A stretch of 63,764 bases of DNA, counting the filler, from Octopus bimaculoides (Eukaryota), in assembly GCF_001194135.2 (NCBI RefSeq). It is 4 parts of 4 records of this genome, joined end to end, with 100 filler letters (N's around TTAATTAATTAA, not from the genome) between each part and the next. Parts side by side here need not be neighbours in the genome. Positions count along the whole stretch, not along the records: positions 21,260 to 51,635 come from NC_068996.1; positions 51,736 to 61,733 come from NC_068984.1; 2 more parts are not named here. One strand, 5' to 3'. The first letter of the stretch is position 1. Each line of letters starts with the position of its first letter. A model generated the notes under the pieces. It was not told the origin of the DNA. It ran no database searches and saw only the letters and a program-made list of their open reading frames with translations. The translations under genes were made by a program, and so were the position numbers. Shown here one piece after another: positions 39,432-52,478 of this stretch.

Positions 39432-40027
39432 GCGCGCACACGCGAACGCGCAATGGAAGTGGAATGGTGAACATTCACCGCTGAAAAGAAAAATCAAACA
39501 GCGTTTCCACTCTGTGTGAGTATATGTGCGTATGTGTGTGCGTGTGACGGTACGGGGCTAGCTAGTTTATTTTATAAAATCCTAGAGTGTATTGCAATCT
39601 TTCTTTCTTGAATTATTTTAATTAATAAATGTCTGTTTTAAACAATGCTTTAACTGCTATTTCTAGCAACTCCTGTTGGTTTATTTGTTCGTAGCTTTTA
39701 AATATTTAATTTGCTCGCGAATGTTTTAATGTTAACTTCATTCGAGTATATTTTAATGTTTTGACTGTTATTTCTTGCAGTGTTTTGACATGCCGATGCC
39801 CCCGCCCCACCTCCCTGATGATGGAAGGGGCAGTGAGCGTGCTGTTTTCTGATTGGCTGAGAATTCTGAAAATGATCAAACTTTGAACACGTGTAACATT
39901 TTTGCAAAATGTTTCTGGAATAAATGAATAACAAATTCGGATTCAGTGTCAAAAATTGCATCTATATGAGACATGGAGAAAATGTTTTAAAGATAATTGT
40001 AAACAATGACGAAAACCACAAAGATCC
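38981..40027. mobile_element. 1047-bp MITE with a 33-bp TIR and 8-bp TSD (Merlin-like)
   Basis: TIR GGATCTTTGTGGTTTTCGTCAYTGTTTACAATT at 38981-39013 and 39995-40027 (1 mismatch). TSD TAAAATTC at 38973-38980 and 40028-40035. Confidence 0.92.
39148..39858. promoter_or_regulatory. Promoter-like motifs inside the MITE (CCAAT pair, NRF1-type palindrome, GC box)
   Basis: AGCCAATCAG 39148-39157, inverted CTGATTGGCT 39849-39858, TGCGCATGCGCA 39219-39230, CCCGCCCC 39801-39808. Motif matches only; no functional evidence. Confidence 0.3.
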
Positions 40028-42012
40028 TAAAATTCTTCAATGTGGTGCTCCAGCATTACCGCATCAAACTGCTGAAACAAGTATAGTCAAGGCTGGAACG
40101 GCTTCGAGCCTAAATCAGATTAGTTTCAGACTAAGCAACAACGACAACGATCACAACAGCAGCAGCAACAACAGCTGCCACCACCGCCATCACTATAATC
40201 ACTGCTAGAGCATCACTGGTATATGTAAAAATAGCATAGTCAAGGGCTGCTGTACATAGGGGCTATCTAACATCAGCTCGTAACACCACCACTGTCACCA
40301 CTACCAGCACATCACCACCAACAACAGCAGCAACAACGACAACGCAATCATCGCCGTCGTCGATTATACCAGAGGAACGCGCTATCATCAGATGATGTAT
40401 TTAATCTGCCTTAGTGCTGCCTCCGCCGCCGTCATCGCCTTGGTAATTCATAACAAAATATGCCCGTCCATCAATTCAGGTCAACTCACCTGACACTCTT
40501 TCGTGTTGAACTTATTTAACACAGTTGCTTTAATTAAAATTTTACGTGCTCTTTAGATACGTCAATACACTCTCACCTTTGACCTAATCTCTTTGACTTA
40601 TTCACCTTCTGTACTCCACCCACATCCCCACTCCACGCCGAAAATTCATGGACTTGTCCACATTAAAAGTGGGACGTTTCGTGTTATTTTTCTTTGTAAT
40701 AGCTTGTTTGTTCGGCCTATTCGTTAATCGGTTTGTTGGCTGGTTGGTTGGTTGGTAAGCAGGTAAATATTGCTGCTGGGATTTTTTTCTCTCCTATTTC
40801 TTTGTTTGTTTATTTTTGTTGTTTTTAATCATCGTTGTTGATTTGATGGTGACAATGGCGCTGACATTGGTGCTGACTTAAATTAACATTTAAGTCACAT
40901 GATTGTAATAACGTTGCTGGTTGCCATGTCAGCGACACTTTAACTATCACTGACATATCAGAACCATATGAAGTAAGAGCCATATGAATAATCAGGTAGA
41001 GGTTACCACTGTAGGCGAAGGGAGTACTATATTGTTTCGAGTTCCACTTTGTCCATTTAAAAAAAAATTTTTTTTTCTTTCTTTCAGCTTGCCGTCCTGA
41101 ATTCAAATCACCCTGTCGTGTATGGCAAGATCCACAGAACATCATTCCGGCACTGAAACACTCAACTACCTCCAGTTAATTCTGTCATTGGATCTACGGC
41201 CTTGATCAAGATTAAATAATAGAAATAGCAACCAAAAATTCCTCGAAGTGCACCCTAACATCTTTTTAAAATATGAGAAGGACGCGTTAGATAACGTTGT
41301 CTGCTGTATATTATGGCTTGAAAAAAAAATAAATAAAATAGGTACGTTCACGACTGGAATGTCCTTAATTATAAGTTTGCTTAATTAGAACTGATCTGGG
41401 GAAATAACGGTATCATTTGCCTGAAAAGGATTAGAATACAAAGATAAAAATTAAAAACAAACCCACAGCCCTCACCCGGAATCGAACATAACTTGATAAC
41501 ATTTGCCATGTTTTCGCTAATTGTTTTAGGCGCCTGCGTAGTCTCGAATAGATAAAGGTATCTTCTCATTCTACTCACTTTTTGACACAGCGGGATATCC
41601 AGATCGTGACTGCCGCATGGAGAGAGGGTTTCATACTAATACATCCTTTTGTTATTTACACCACCTGTCCTCGTCTGTTGTTGTTTTTTCGTACATTCTC
41701 CCATATATATATATATATAACTAGCTGAGTAACCTGAGACAGCGTAAAATGAAGCGCTTTCCCTAATGATACACCGTCCGGACCAAGAATTGAACCTAAA
41801 ACATTATGATCACGACTCCAACATCTTAACTACCAGACCGCGCGCTTTCACAAATAGAGAGACAGAGTTAGATAAATAAAAGTGGGTATTGGTCATTGTT
41901 GTTTTATATCAGATTAGGAAAAATTCCATCATAGGCTGATGGTACTGATAACCTTGTAATCATGTACTACCTGTTCATGGTCGAGTGATCAACTATTAAA
42001 CCAGTATGAGGA

Positions 42013-42087
<75 letters not shown>

Positions 42088-42599
42088 CGTGCGCGCGCAC
42101 GACCAACGAGGTTTAAAAGATAGAAAAATGTCTAATACAAATTAGTTCATTGAGAACTAACAGCATCTTGGGAAGGGTATAGGTGGCACAGGAATTTCCA
42201 AATCCAATAAAATACTCGAAAGTTTCGCCAATATCTAATTTCATATGGAGCCAGTTGGGGGCTAAGAAAGCCCCAAATCGAGAGGACTTTTCCACACCTG
42301 CGTAATCACCGCCAGTACTATCACATGTCCTATCACCAATACAGCCACTTGCGCCGCCAATACCAACATAATTAATTAAACCACCGTCACCAACGCAACA
42401 AACTGCAACACAACCAACACCAATACCATCATCAACAACAGCACCAACATCATCACCAACACCTGCATCATCAACGTCAACACTATCGATAATTGACACC
42501 ACTACCACCGACTCCATTAACTCAAAAGGAGTTGTATTACTGTATCGATCTGACCATCGAGTGCTGTTATACACCACTGGCCACAATGCGCTTCCTCAT

Positions 42600-42829
42600 G
42601 TTGTCGTAGTTTTCGAATGATGCCTGTTCGCTAGCTAGGTGAGTAGACCAACATTATTCTTGAACGCAGTGCCAGCCCCTTGCAGTGTTATCCATTTACG
42701 GCTGAGTGAACTGGAGCAACGTGAAATGAAACGTCTGCCTCAGGAACAGAATGGATCGCCGGTCTGGGAATCGAAACCACGATCTTGCGATCTTGAGTGC
42801 AACACTCTAATCAGTAGGTCATGCACCTT

Positions 42830-42830
<1 letters not shown>
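42600..42830 (-). mobile_element. SINE family C
   Basis: GCAACGTGAAATGAAACGTCTGCCTCAGGAAC...GGGAATCGAAACCACGATCTTGCGATC is a reverse-complemented tRNA head; similar sequence at 41735-41850. Confidence 0.75.
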
Positions 42831-42865
<35 letters not shown>

Positions 42866-43002
42866 GATAGATATATAGTTAAATTCATGTGTGTCTATAT
42901 ATTTGTATGTATAAATATATATATGCATAAGTATATACATATGCATATACACACGCTCACACATTTACACACACACACACACATAGTTGAAATTTACAGA
43001 AA

Positions 43003-43164
43003 AAAAGACAAAAACAGGTGTATGAACAACAAACAGGTGTATTAGTTTGACGCTCGGGAAAGTGAGAAAGTCTTTTAGGATTCGAGCCTACGCTCTTCAA
43101 CAGAAAGGAATAACATAAAATAAACAGAGAATAAAAAAAAAACTTGTGGATTTAGCGATAAGCA

Positions 43165-43165
<1 letters not shown>
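43003..43165 (-). mobile_element. Second copy of the hammerhead-like dispersed repeat
   Basis: Reverse complement: CTTTCTGTTGAAGAGCGTAGGCTCGAATCCTAAAAGACTTTCTC...CTAATACACCTG; homologous to 22241-22355. Confidence 0.7.
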
Positions 43166-43197
<32 letters not shown>

Positions 43198-43312
43198 CAC
43201 TATTCAATACTAGGTATTGAACCAGTATTCCCTGGGATGAAATCATCCCTTCGTGAGGTTAACACAACCTCTAATCGAATTTAATAATTAACTTTTATCT
43301 ATTGTGCTAGCA

Positions 43313-43353
<41 letters not shown>

Positions 43354-43359
43354 CGTGTG

Positions 43360-43393
<34 letters not shown>

Positions 43394-44383
43394 ACAGAGA
43401 GAGAGAGAGAGAGATAGTGGTGAGGCTAGTAGTGACGCATATTTTACATTCCTGCTTATGTCTTACGAGTGAGATTTTTGTTAATACGTAACAAATATTA
43501 AGGACCGAATATAAAGTTGTAGGCAGAAGAAAACAAAGCACAAAACAGTTTTCTTTACAGAACACAACTGGAAACGACTGTACTTTCACATGCATTTTTT
43601 TTCTTCGCCTTTTACACCATCTCAACAAACGATTTTCCAACTGATTCGAAGTACCAGGTTACCAGATATAACCTGTAACGAAGTGTCTCCCGTTGTCACT
43701 AAGACGTCGGATCAATCGGAACGAATCAACGCGACCTAACAAATACGTGTTTTCGCTGATTTTATTGTTCAGCACTAAGATCAGCATTGACTGAGCAGTC
43801 CTATGTTCAAGGCGGTTAAAGCCGTCCTAGTTGCTAATCAAATATAGTGTATGTAAGCCTACATTACATTCAATATGGTCTTCCTTTTGAAGACAGTAGG
43901 GTGTGGTTTGAAGATAATTTGACTTTAGTTCCTAGAAAAAAAAAACCCAGAATATTCATTCATTGTGATCATTTGTCATATCGTAATCATAGATTATCGT
44001 TTTCCGCAATACAAAAGCAAGGGAACACGACTTAATTATTTTCCCATTCAAAAAATCTTTGCTCCTTTGTCGGAGTTTTTCAAAGATGAACAGGAACCTT
44101 TACTCTGCAAAATAAAGCTGCTTTCATGATGAAGTAGTATTTTCTTTTCCTCAGATAGACAAAGCCAGCAAATATTCTACCGTTAGCTGCAGGTCTTTTC
44201 AAACTCAAGAATTTTCCATTTTATTTGTATCGTACTTATATACATATACTTCATTTGAACACATAGCGTAAAAATTTGAAATTTATTCAACTTGTTATAA
44301 TCACATTGTGTTGATGTAGGAAACTTATGAACAGTTACGTACCGATTATTCCAGCATCTTGGGCGACCATCTTAATTGACAGG

Positions 44384-44419
<36 letters not shown>

Positions 44420-44510
44420 ATATGTGAGTGAAAAACCAAACTACTAGTATTTAACACCTTCTACCGACAGAAAAGTCGAAAGCAAACTGTTAAGTCAGGT
44501 TTGTATAAAG

Positions 44511-44562
44511 CAAGGGTTCTCGTAACCGGGTCCATATGGACCCTGAAGATTCATATAAAATT
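44511..44562 (+). mobile_element. Left end of a hAT/Charlie-like MITE running into a gap
   Basis: CAAGGGTTCTC..AACCGGGTCCATATGGACCCTG resembles CAGGGGTTCTCAAC..GGGTCC termini. Confidence 0.4.
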
Positions 44563-45201
44563 TNNNNNNNNNNNNNNNNNNNNNNNNNNNNNNNNNNNNN
44601 NNNNNNNNNNNNNNNNNNNNNNNNNNNNNNNNNNNNNNNNNNNNNNNNNNNNNNNNNNNNNNNNNNNNNNNNNNNNNNNNNNNNNNNNNNNNNNNNNNNN
44701 NNNNNNNNNNNNNNNNNNNNNNNNNNNNNNNNNNNNNNNNNNNNNNNNNNNNNNNNNNNNNNNNNNNNNNNNNNNNNNNNNNNNNNNNNNNNNNNNNNNN
44801 NNNNNNNNNNNNNNNNNNNNNNNNNNNNNNNNNNNNNNNNNNNNNNNNNNNNNNNNNNNNNNNNNNNNNNNNNNNNNNNNNNNNNNNNNNNNNNNNNNNN
44901 NNNNNNNNNNNNNNNNNNNNNNNNNNNNNNNNNNNNNNNNNNNNNNNNNNNNNNNNNNNNNNNNNNNNNNNNNNNNNNNNNNNNNNNNNNNNNNNNNNNN
45001 NNNNNNNNNNNNNNNNNNNNNNNNNNNNNNNNNNNNNNNNNNNNNNNNNNNNNNNNNNNNNNNNNNNNNNNNNNNNNNNNNNNNNNNNNNNNNNNNNNNN
45101 NNNNNNNNNNNNNNNNNNNNNNNNNNNNNNNNNNNNNNNNNNNNNNNNNNNNNNNNNNNNNNNNNNNNNNNNNNNNNNNNNNNNNNNNNNNNNNNNNNNN
45201 N

Positions 45202-45251
<50 letters not shown>

Positions 45252-45769
45252 ATATACACATATATATGTGTTCGCGTATGGATATCTGTTTATGAATATA
45301 CACATACACTCACACATACACGCACACGCACATACATATATATATACATAAGCATCTATGTATGCATGCATATATACATATATATGCATGTGTGCAAATG
45401 TACATGTTACTTAGTTGCAAGTGACACATTTTGTTATGAGTAATATTGGAATAGGTGTGATCACAATAACTGAGTTGACCTGTTTCTTTGTTCGCTTGGT
45501 TTTACTTTTAAATTTCTCACCAATCGAGGAAGAGCTGTCTCAACCCAGAAACACAAGTTAGGCTATGGAATTTAGACAACATTAAATAGGAAGTCATGTA
45601 TGTATGTAAGTATGTATGTATGTATTTATGAATGTATGTATGTATATATGTATATATGTATGTGTGAGTACGTATGTGTGTGTATGTATGTATGTATTTA
45701 TGTATGTATGTATATATGTATGTAAGTATGTATATATATGTATTATGTATGTGTGTATGTATGTGTTTT

Positions 45770-45860
45770 TTGTGTGCGTTTTTATTTAAATTCTTCCTCT
45801 GTGGAAAGAGCTGGTTTCTAATAAAGATATAAAATTCCTTCCTTAGAATGAAGCTAACAA
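45770..45860 (-). mobile_element. 3' tail of the Dong-type LINE, running into (ACAT)n
   Basis: Reverse complement TATCTTTATTAGAAACCAGCTCTTTCC...AAATAAAA followed by CATA-type repeats (45597-45770); matches 36505-36550. Confidence 0.7.
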
Positions 45861-45934
45861 AAACAAATTCAGATTATGAACTTGAGAAAAGTTTTGCATA
45901 TTTTTATTGTTCCACTTGCAGATTGTATTTGTTA

Positions 45935-46712
45935 CAAGTGTGGGCTGAAACGTTTAAAGGCTGACCTTGAAGGAGTGATGCTAGAGGTGTGAAATCTTGC
46001 ATGCATTAATTTCAACTCTTCTTATTTATAATTTATAATTGCATTGTTTCTTTCCAGCTAAACTGGCACCTGGCCTTTTAAATAAAACTTCGAAAGTAAC
46101 CATTAGTGATTTCTCTTGAAAATGGACAAAATTTGGCATCATGATGTTATCAAGTACCTGCAGAAAAAGTGTTTCCCCCTATGGCTATTCATGCTGACAT
46201 CGTTGTAATATTAGGGGGATGACGCTCCAGTGTTATCAACAGTGCAAAAGCGAGCAGCTGAAATTTGAAGATGACCCAGGGTTTGGACATTCTGCAACTG
46301 TCAACAGCAAGGAAAACACTGATCGTGTTCACCCCATAGTGATGGATGACAGGTGATTGACTATGAATTACATAGTCAATGCTATTAGCATATCCCGTGA
46401 GAGAGTTGAGCATATTCTGTACAACGAACTTGGAATGACGAAGGTTTCTGCTCGGTGGGTGCTACGTCTTCTAATATCCGATCAAAAGCGCACCAGGCTG
46501 ATCACATCACAGGGAAATCTGACATTGTTTCAGGCAGACCCTTTCGGTTTCTTTGAATGTTTCCTAATCCAGGATAAATGTTGGCTTCATTCATATGAGA
46601 CAGAGACAAAAAGATAATCCATGCAGTGGAAACACCCCCTCCTCACCTGCTCCAAACAAGGCCAAAGTTGTTTCATCAACATGGAAGGTGATGGCCTCAG
46701 TTTTGGGGGATG
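45935..46712 (+). mobile_element. Mariner (irritans/Himar-like) remnant, left TIR plus N-terminal transposase
   Basis: TA-CAAGTGTGGGCTGAAACG left end; MDKIWHHDVIKYL..ISRERVEHILYNELGMTKVSARWVLRLL..DKCWLHSYETETKR..KVMASV (WVP.L, DETW and KVMASVFWD equivalents). Confidence 0.9.
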
Positions 46713-47110
46713 CATGGTATTCCATATTGTTTTAGCGACAACGTTGTGTCGTATAGTAAGGTAGTACCTTGATGACATTTCTGGACAGCCTCTGATCGTG
46801 CGTGATGTCTCCCACGAAAATGTGATATAATCGACCTTTTTGGTTACATTTCCTTTTTCTGAATAACGAAAGCATATTCTTCCACGTGGGATGAGATGTA
46901 TCTGTCAGATATCCTGAAAAGGCTAATTTTCTACTCGATATCCTGAGTATCCTCTGTTTGCCAAACATTTACCCATACATAACTTTCTTGTGATATAATG
47001 AGTGCTTCTGCCCCAAATTTTGCTTAAGTAAATTAATCCAGCTAGCCTTGAGTCACATTCAACAGTCGTAGATTCAAAGTATCTATCCAGGACTTCTTCC
47101 CCTATTCTGA
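46706..47110 (-). mobile_element. Dong-type LINE fragment truncating the mariner
   Basis: EEYAFVIQ..ITH..RGCPEMSSRYYLTIRHNVVAKTIWN. Confidence 0.8.
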
Positions 47111-47229
47111 AGATGTTATTATTTTCACTTTTCAGTATATATATAATGTACTCATTTCATCCTTTATTGTTTAAAAGGTGTTGCCTGAATGACATAGTGT
47201 GATAGTCAGGGACTGTCCGTGCGCCTCTG

Positions 47230-47341
47230 CCTTCATTTCTATGTTCAACTTAGCTCTTGCAGATTTTCATTGTTCCAGATATTGTAATCGTCTCTAGCGC
47301 ATTAATTATGCTGCAGGATCTACAAACTGCTTTTCAATGGT

Positions 47342-47402
<61 letters not shown>

Positions 47403-47965
47403 NNNNNNNNNNNNNNNNNNNNNNNNNNNNNNNNNNNNNNNNNNNNNNNNNNNNNNNNNNNNNNNNNNNNNNNNNNNNNNNNNNNNNNNNNNNNNNNNNN
47501 NNNNNNNNNNNNNNNNNNNNNNNNNNNNNNNNNNNNNNNNNNNNNNNNNNNNNNNNNNNNNNNNNNNNNNNNNNNNNNNNNNNNGGTGCAGCTTCCTAGG
47601 TCTAACCAACAGTAGTATTATTCCCTTCAGGGGACTGTCACATTAAGTTGACAGCATACAACTACTTCATCGTATCACTACTGCATAAATCTCTCTCAGA
47701 GATTTAGAAATGTATTATTTCTAAAAAAAATATCTGGCCAGTTGTGTTTTAACTTAGTAGCTGTTTTAGTTTTTAAGTTTCACCAATATTCTTTTGACCC
47801 TTCGGTCTCAATATATTCAACTTCGTTTGTAGGCATTTTCATTTTAGTTATTCTGTTCCAGACCGCATTATACTTCATGGGAGGATATCTGGAAGACGTT
47901 CTTTCACAGTTAGCAATAATGTGGCTGATGTCTTCAGTCTGGGTCTTGCAAATGTACGTACATGT
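47230..47965 (-). mobile_element. Dong-type LINE fragment (zinc knuckle, RLE, C-terminus), spanning (CA)n and a gap
   Basis: ICKTQTEDISHIIANC..SSRY..EYW*N.KTKTATKLKHNWPDI; ITISGTMKICK near 47280. Confidence 0.8.
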
Positions 47966-47974
47966 GCCTGTGAA

Positions 47975-48118
47975 TGTGCGTATGTATGCTTCTTATTTTA
48001 AGGGGATTTTTTTCTTTGCAGAATACAAACCGGTCACTATCAAAGTGGCAATGCTCTTATGTTTACGTCAAGTCAGTTCTTGAGGCTTGCGATTATCTGA
48101 ATTGGTTGATGTATGTAT

Positions 48119-48213
<95 letters not shown>

Positions 48214-48915
48214 GTGCGTGTGTGTGTGTGTTGTGTGTATATGACTGTGTGTTTGTTGGTAAACTAGCACTTGTGGTGTGTGCGCGTCAGAACAGTACAC
48301 GAATGTGTATATTTCACTACAGTGTATGTAGCCCTTATATATGCATTCCATATACATGAGTAATTGTTTTCGGGTTCACCTAGAAACTTCAAATGAAGAA
48401 TCCCTGAAATCTTTAAAAACTTTTAATTGTTCTTCTACTCAAATGTATCAGGGAAAATGTAAATCAGTGGGCTCTGCTCTTTTATCTATTTATTTCATTT
48501 ATTTTGATGGTGGGGAGATTCCGAGCATTTCTAGGTTTCTATGCTAATCTGGCGCAGTGCATCTATCATAATAGTCGCAAATGAAAATCTATAGTTTGAC
48601 TATAAGGCCTGTAATTTTCTTAATAGCTTCCATAGATATTCGGCTTTCCCCAATTTTTGATGAGACATTCATAGCTGCCGAGAAACTTATCTCTAGAAGA
48701 ATGTACAACTGTTACTCCCATTTCCGTACGGCTATATCTGGCACATTAAGCTTACACAAACTTATTATTTTTATCAGAATGTTCCACCAGTATTCTTTAA
48801 ACGTGCTGATGCTCGCTGGTTCTTTTCGTGCCTTTGGTATGGCCATCAGAGCATCCTTCTTGCATAAGAAATCGTAGGATGTCTTAAGGACGATGTCATG
48901 TCTTATGGGAAGCGA
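47975..48915 (-). mobile_element. Dong-type LINE fragment (RLE and 3' UTR)
   Basis: LPIRHDIVLK..EYWWNILIK..NVPDIAV..LLEISF..MNVSSK; the 3' UTR resembles copy 1 and ends in CATACATAC. Confidence 0.8.
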
Positions 48916-49739
48916 CTGTGTATGTATTTAGGTATGTATCTATATATGTGTGTTAGCGTATGTATGCAGATATCTATGTATGTATGTGTGTCTATGCGTG
49001 CATGTATGTATGTGTGTGTACGTAAGCATGTGTATGTGTAATGCATGCATGTGAGTATAAGTAGGTGCAAATATATGTGTGTGTGGGTGCGTGTTTATGT
49101 ATGTATGTTTGAATGTATATATATGCATACATGCATCTATTTAGATATACATGTGTGTACTCATGCATGTTTATATGTACGTGTGTATGTATTCATATAA
49201 GTATGCATGTATGTACGTTATATTTATGCGTGTATGTATGCATGCATTTCTTTAAGTATGTATGATGTACGTATTTGTACATGCGATGAATGAATATATG
49301 CGTATGCATGTTTGCATGTATGCATGTGAATATGTATGTGTGTATTATGCGTATATGTATACGTACGTGTATGTTATGTATATATATGCATGTATGGATG
49401 CGTACATGCATATATGTACGCATGTATGTGTGTATACGTGCATGCATGTATATGCATGCACATTTGACGTATGTATGTATATATATGTATGTATGTATAT
49501 ATATATATATATATGTATATACGTCTACAAGCGGATATATATAAGAGAAAGCTAAGAGTGTGTGAGAGAAAACGAAATAGTTATAGAAAGACAAAGTCTG
49601 ATAGAAAAAGGAAGAATGCGAAAGAGAAAGAGAGCGAGAGGAAGAGTGAAAGGGAGACAGGGAGAAAGAGAGAGAGAGAGAGAAATAGAGAGAGAACGAC
49701 AGAACGAGAAAGAGTGAGACACATAGACAGAGACTGGGC

Positions 49740-49905
49740 GAGCGAGCTACTTCCATGCAGCCTCCACCTAAGCTCGCCCAGGTACAGCTATTCTTCCTGC
49801 CACCGTAACAATACCAGCAAATCCTTCGCCTTCCAGAACGTCAACCTCCCTGGAATTCCCTTCTCAGCAACATCTTTCCTGAAGACATCAACTTGCAATG
49901 CTGCT
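49740..49905 (+). mobile_element. CR1/Jockey-like LINE ORF2 C-terminal remnant
   Basis: RTST..WNSLLSNIFPEDINLQ resembles the RT..LWNSLP..FP..NLQ terminus. Confidence 0.45.
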
Positions 49906-49911
49906 CTAACT

Positions 49912-50270
49912 CAGTGTTTCTCAACCTTTTTACTCTTGTGTAACCCTTAAAATAAATTACATGTCTCAAGGAACCTCTGCACAAAATAAATTATACACCA
50001 TATCTTTCTCATTTGTATTTATCGTAGCTCACGTAAGTATCATATCATACCATACGCGCGCGCGCGTGTGGTTGTTATATATTTTGATAACATAATTGGT
50101 TAGACAGGATGATGTTTATATTATAATATTACAATAATCAATATGTTGTGCATGTATAGTAATATTACGATCATGAAATTAGCATTAGCTTATCTCACTC
50201 TTTCTCGCAGAACCCCTAGGAACCTTTTGTGGAACTGTAGGGTTCCGGGGAACCCCTTTGGAGTATGCTG
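49912..50270 (+). mobile_element. hAT/Charlie-like MITE, degenerate
   Basis: Left CAGTGTTTCTCAACCTTTT; right GGGTTCCGGGGAACCCCTTTGGAGTATGCTG. TSD not convincing. Confidence 0.5.
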
Positions 50271-51735
50271 CTAAACGTTAATCGTAACACTTTCATCTGA
50301 CTAGAACTTTTGAATGCCACAGTCACATCCTCCTCCGTTTTACCGAAACATATTCCATACAGTACTCTTAATACAATATTATTGTAAGGCACTCCACGTG
50401 TTACACGGAATGCTCTCAAAACAATATGCACACCACTTGTTTGATAGAATACTAAGTACTTTACTAGACACTCTACAAGTTAGACAGACAACTACAAATA
50501 CCATAGCACTCTTAGATATCCCTAATATTGTAGCACCACATGAAAGATACTGCATGTACTATGAACAAAAGTTGCGTAAAATTCTCTATATAAAGTTGTA
50601 CGGGTAGACACAAAACACACATTGTACAAAAAACGCTCGATGAAATAAAAAAAAATGATGCACAAAAGCAAATATAATGCGCATATTCAAGGTAGACGGA
50701 GCTACATTTAAAGCTGCAATGAAAGCATATAATACAATATAATATTTTTGCTTGCATATAAATAAAATTAAAATAAATATACGTATAAATAATATATAAA
50801 TAAATATACATTTAAATAAAATCTAGTAAAATAAAATAAAACAACATAGCACTGCTGTGCACAGCTTAAATCACATGCAACGCACCTTAACTTTTAATAG
50901 CAAATCACAACATATACTTCCTACACAACCCACTCAACAAATCAGTTTATGCAATCACCACCCGATGATATAACATAATCCACACAACATATGCACAATA
51001 CGATTACAGTTAAGGAGCTCTCATCCTGCCACCAGAAATCCAGAATTTCCAGAAATCCACAAATATGTTTAACACTATGCAATATGCTATATTGAGTAAA
51101 CAAACCTTGTTTTTGAAGTTGGTTAAATTCTATACGGTGTGTATATTTTCTACATTTTTATGGAGAGTGGTGAAGATTAAACATAATCTGCTTTAGAACT
51201 ATATTAATCTGTACCTGTATCGGTTAAATAAAGTTATATTTCGTATGTGTATTTCGTGTGCAAGATTCTTGATGTGGATACGTGTATTGAAAGAAATACA
51301 ATTAAACCTTGGGAGAGGCATTATGCCGGTAATAAAGACACGCACTGGTTCAGTCCTTTATTAATTTATACAGTTTTTTGTTAAATTATTTCATTGCACT
51401 CTTGCAATCTCTTCAGTAACTTGTCTCTCCACTTCCATTTATTTTGAATGTATGATCTGACGTTGTTTTGGCGTTGTTTTGGCGTTGTTTCGAAACTGTT
51501 CGGTATGAGCATGTGAGTGTGTGCAAGCTCGTATGTGTGCACGCTCATATGTGTGCACACACTTATGTGTTCGTGCTTATATGTAAGTATGTGCGTCCAT
51601 ATGTGTGTTTGTAACAATTTCGTTTATATCAGATCNNNNNNNNNNNNNNNNNNNNNNNNNNNNNNNNNNNNNNNNNNNNTTAATTAATTAANNNNNNNNN
51701 NNNNNNNNNNNNNNNNNNNNNNNNNNNNNNNNNNN

Positions 51736-51776
<41 letters not shown>

Positions 51777-52349
51777 CACACATACACACACGCATATATA
51801 TATATATATTAAAGGAAATAGAGAAATACAATTGGCATATAATAAATATATTAACATTATAATATAATCATACTATAAACAAATTTAACATAATATAATA
51901 TAAAATATGATTAAAAGGAACATATATCCTGCTATTCTATGATTTAGCGGTTCTTGCATGAAATTTTTATCTATTTTTTAGACAAATATTATCCTGTCGA
52001 GATTTATACACACGAAATTCATATGACTATACACACATACACATATCACGTACACATCTATGTTATCAGCAGCCAATTCAAGTAACCACCAGCTCCAAGA
52101 GCTGTCTTGACTGAAACAGTAGGGCCTTGCCACTTTGTTAATGAGTGGTTTGACTTTTGCAAAGAGAAGAGATAAATGCCAAAGAAACATAAATGCATGC
52201 AAACATACATACATACATACATACATTCAAATATATATACCTACATGCATACATACATATATACATACGTCCGTACATACATTCATACATACATACATGC
52301 ATGCATACATAAATAAATACGTACATACATACAAAGTAATTTTACTTAC

Positions 52350-52478
52350 AACAAGTGCCACATGTTCTAGGGCAGTTTAATGCAGCCCAGGCTTTTAACC
52401 CGGGTTGTGTGCAGATTCCAGAACCGAGAGTAGTACAGTCAACTTTATCAACGCAAGGACCTGTTGTAGGTGGATACT
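52350..52478 (-). CDS. Exon encoding a complete ShKT domain (EYPPTTGPCVDKVDCTTLGSGICTQPGLKAWAALNCPRTCGTC)
   Basis: Acceptor TTTTCTTTCCAG, donor GTAAGT, 129 nt, phase 1-1. Six Cys with C.D..C and W...NC..TCG.C, the ShK signature. Confidence 0.9.

Larger units (their letters stand above)
38660..40083 (+). mobile_element. SINE family A, complete, interrupted in its tail by a MITE
   Basis: Head from 38660 and tail to 38980; the tail resumes at 40028 (CTTCAATGTGGTGCTCCAGCAT...CTGAAACAAGTA). Confidence 0.9.

Noticed and set aside
42113-42586. 157-aa Gly/Val-rich ORF
   Set aside because: Built on degenerate (CAA/CAC) repeats and a SINE fragment; the similar ORFs at 38328-38588 and 30380-30590 were rejected likewise.
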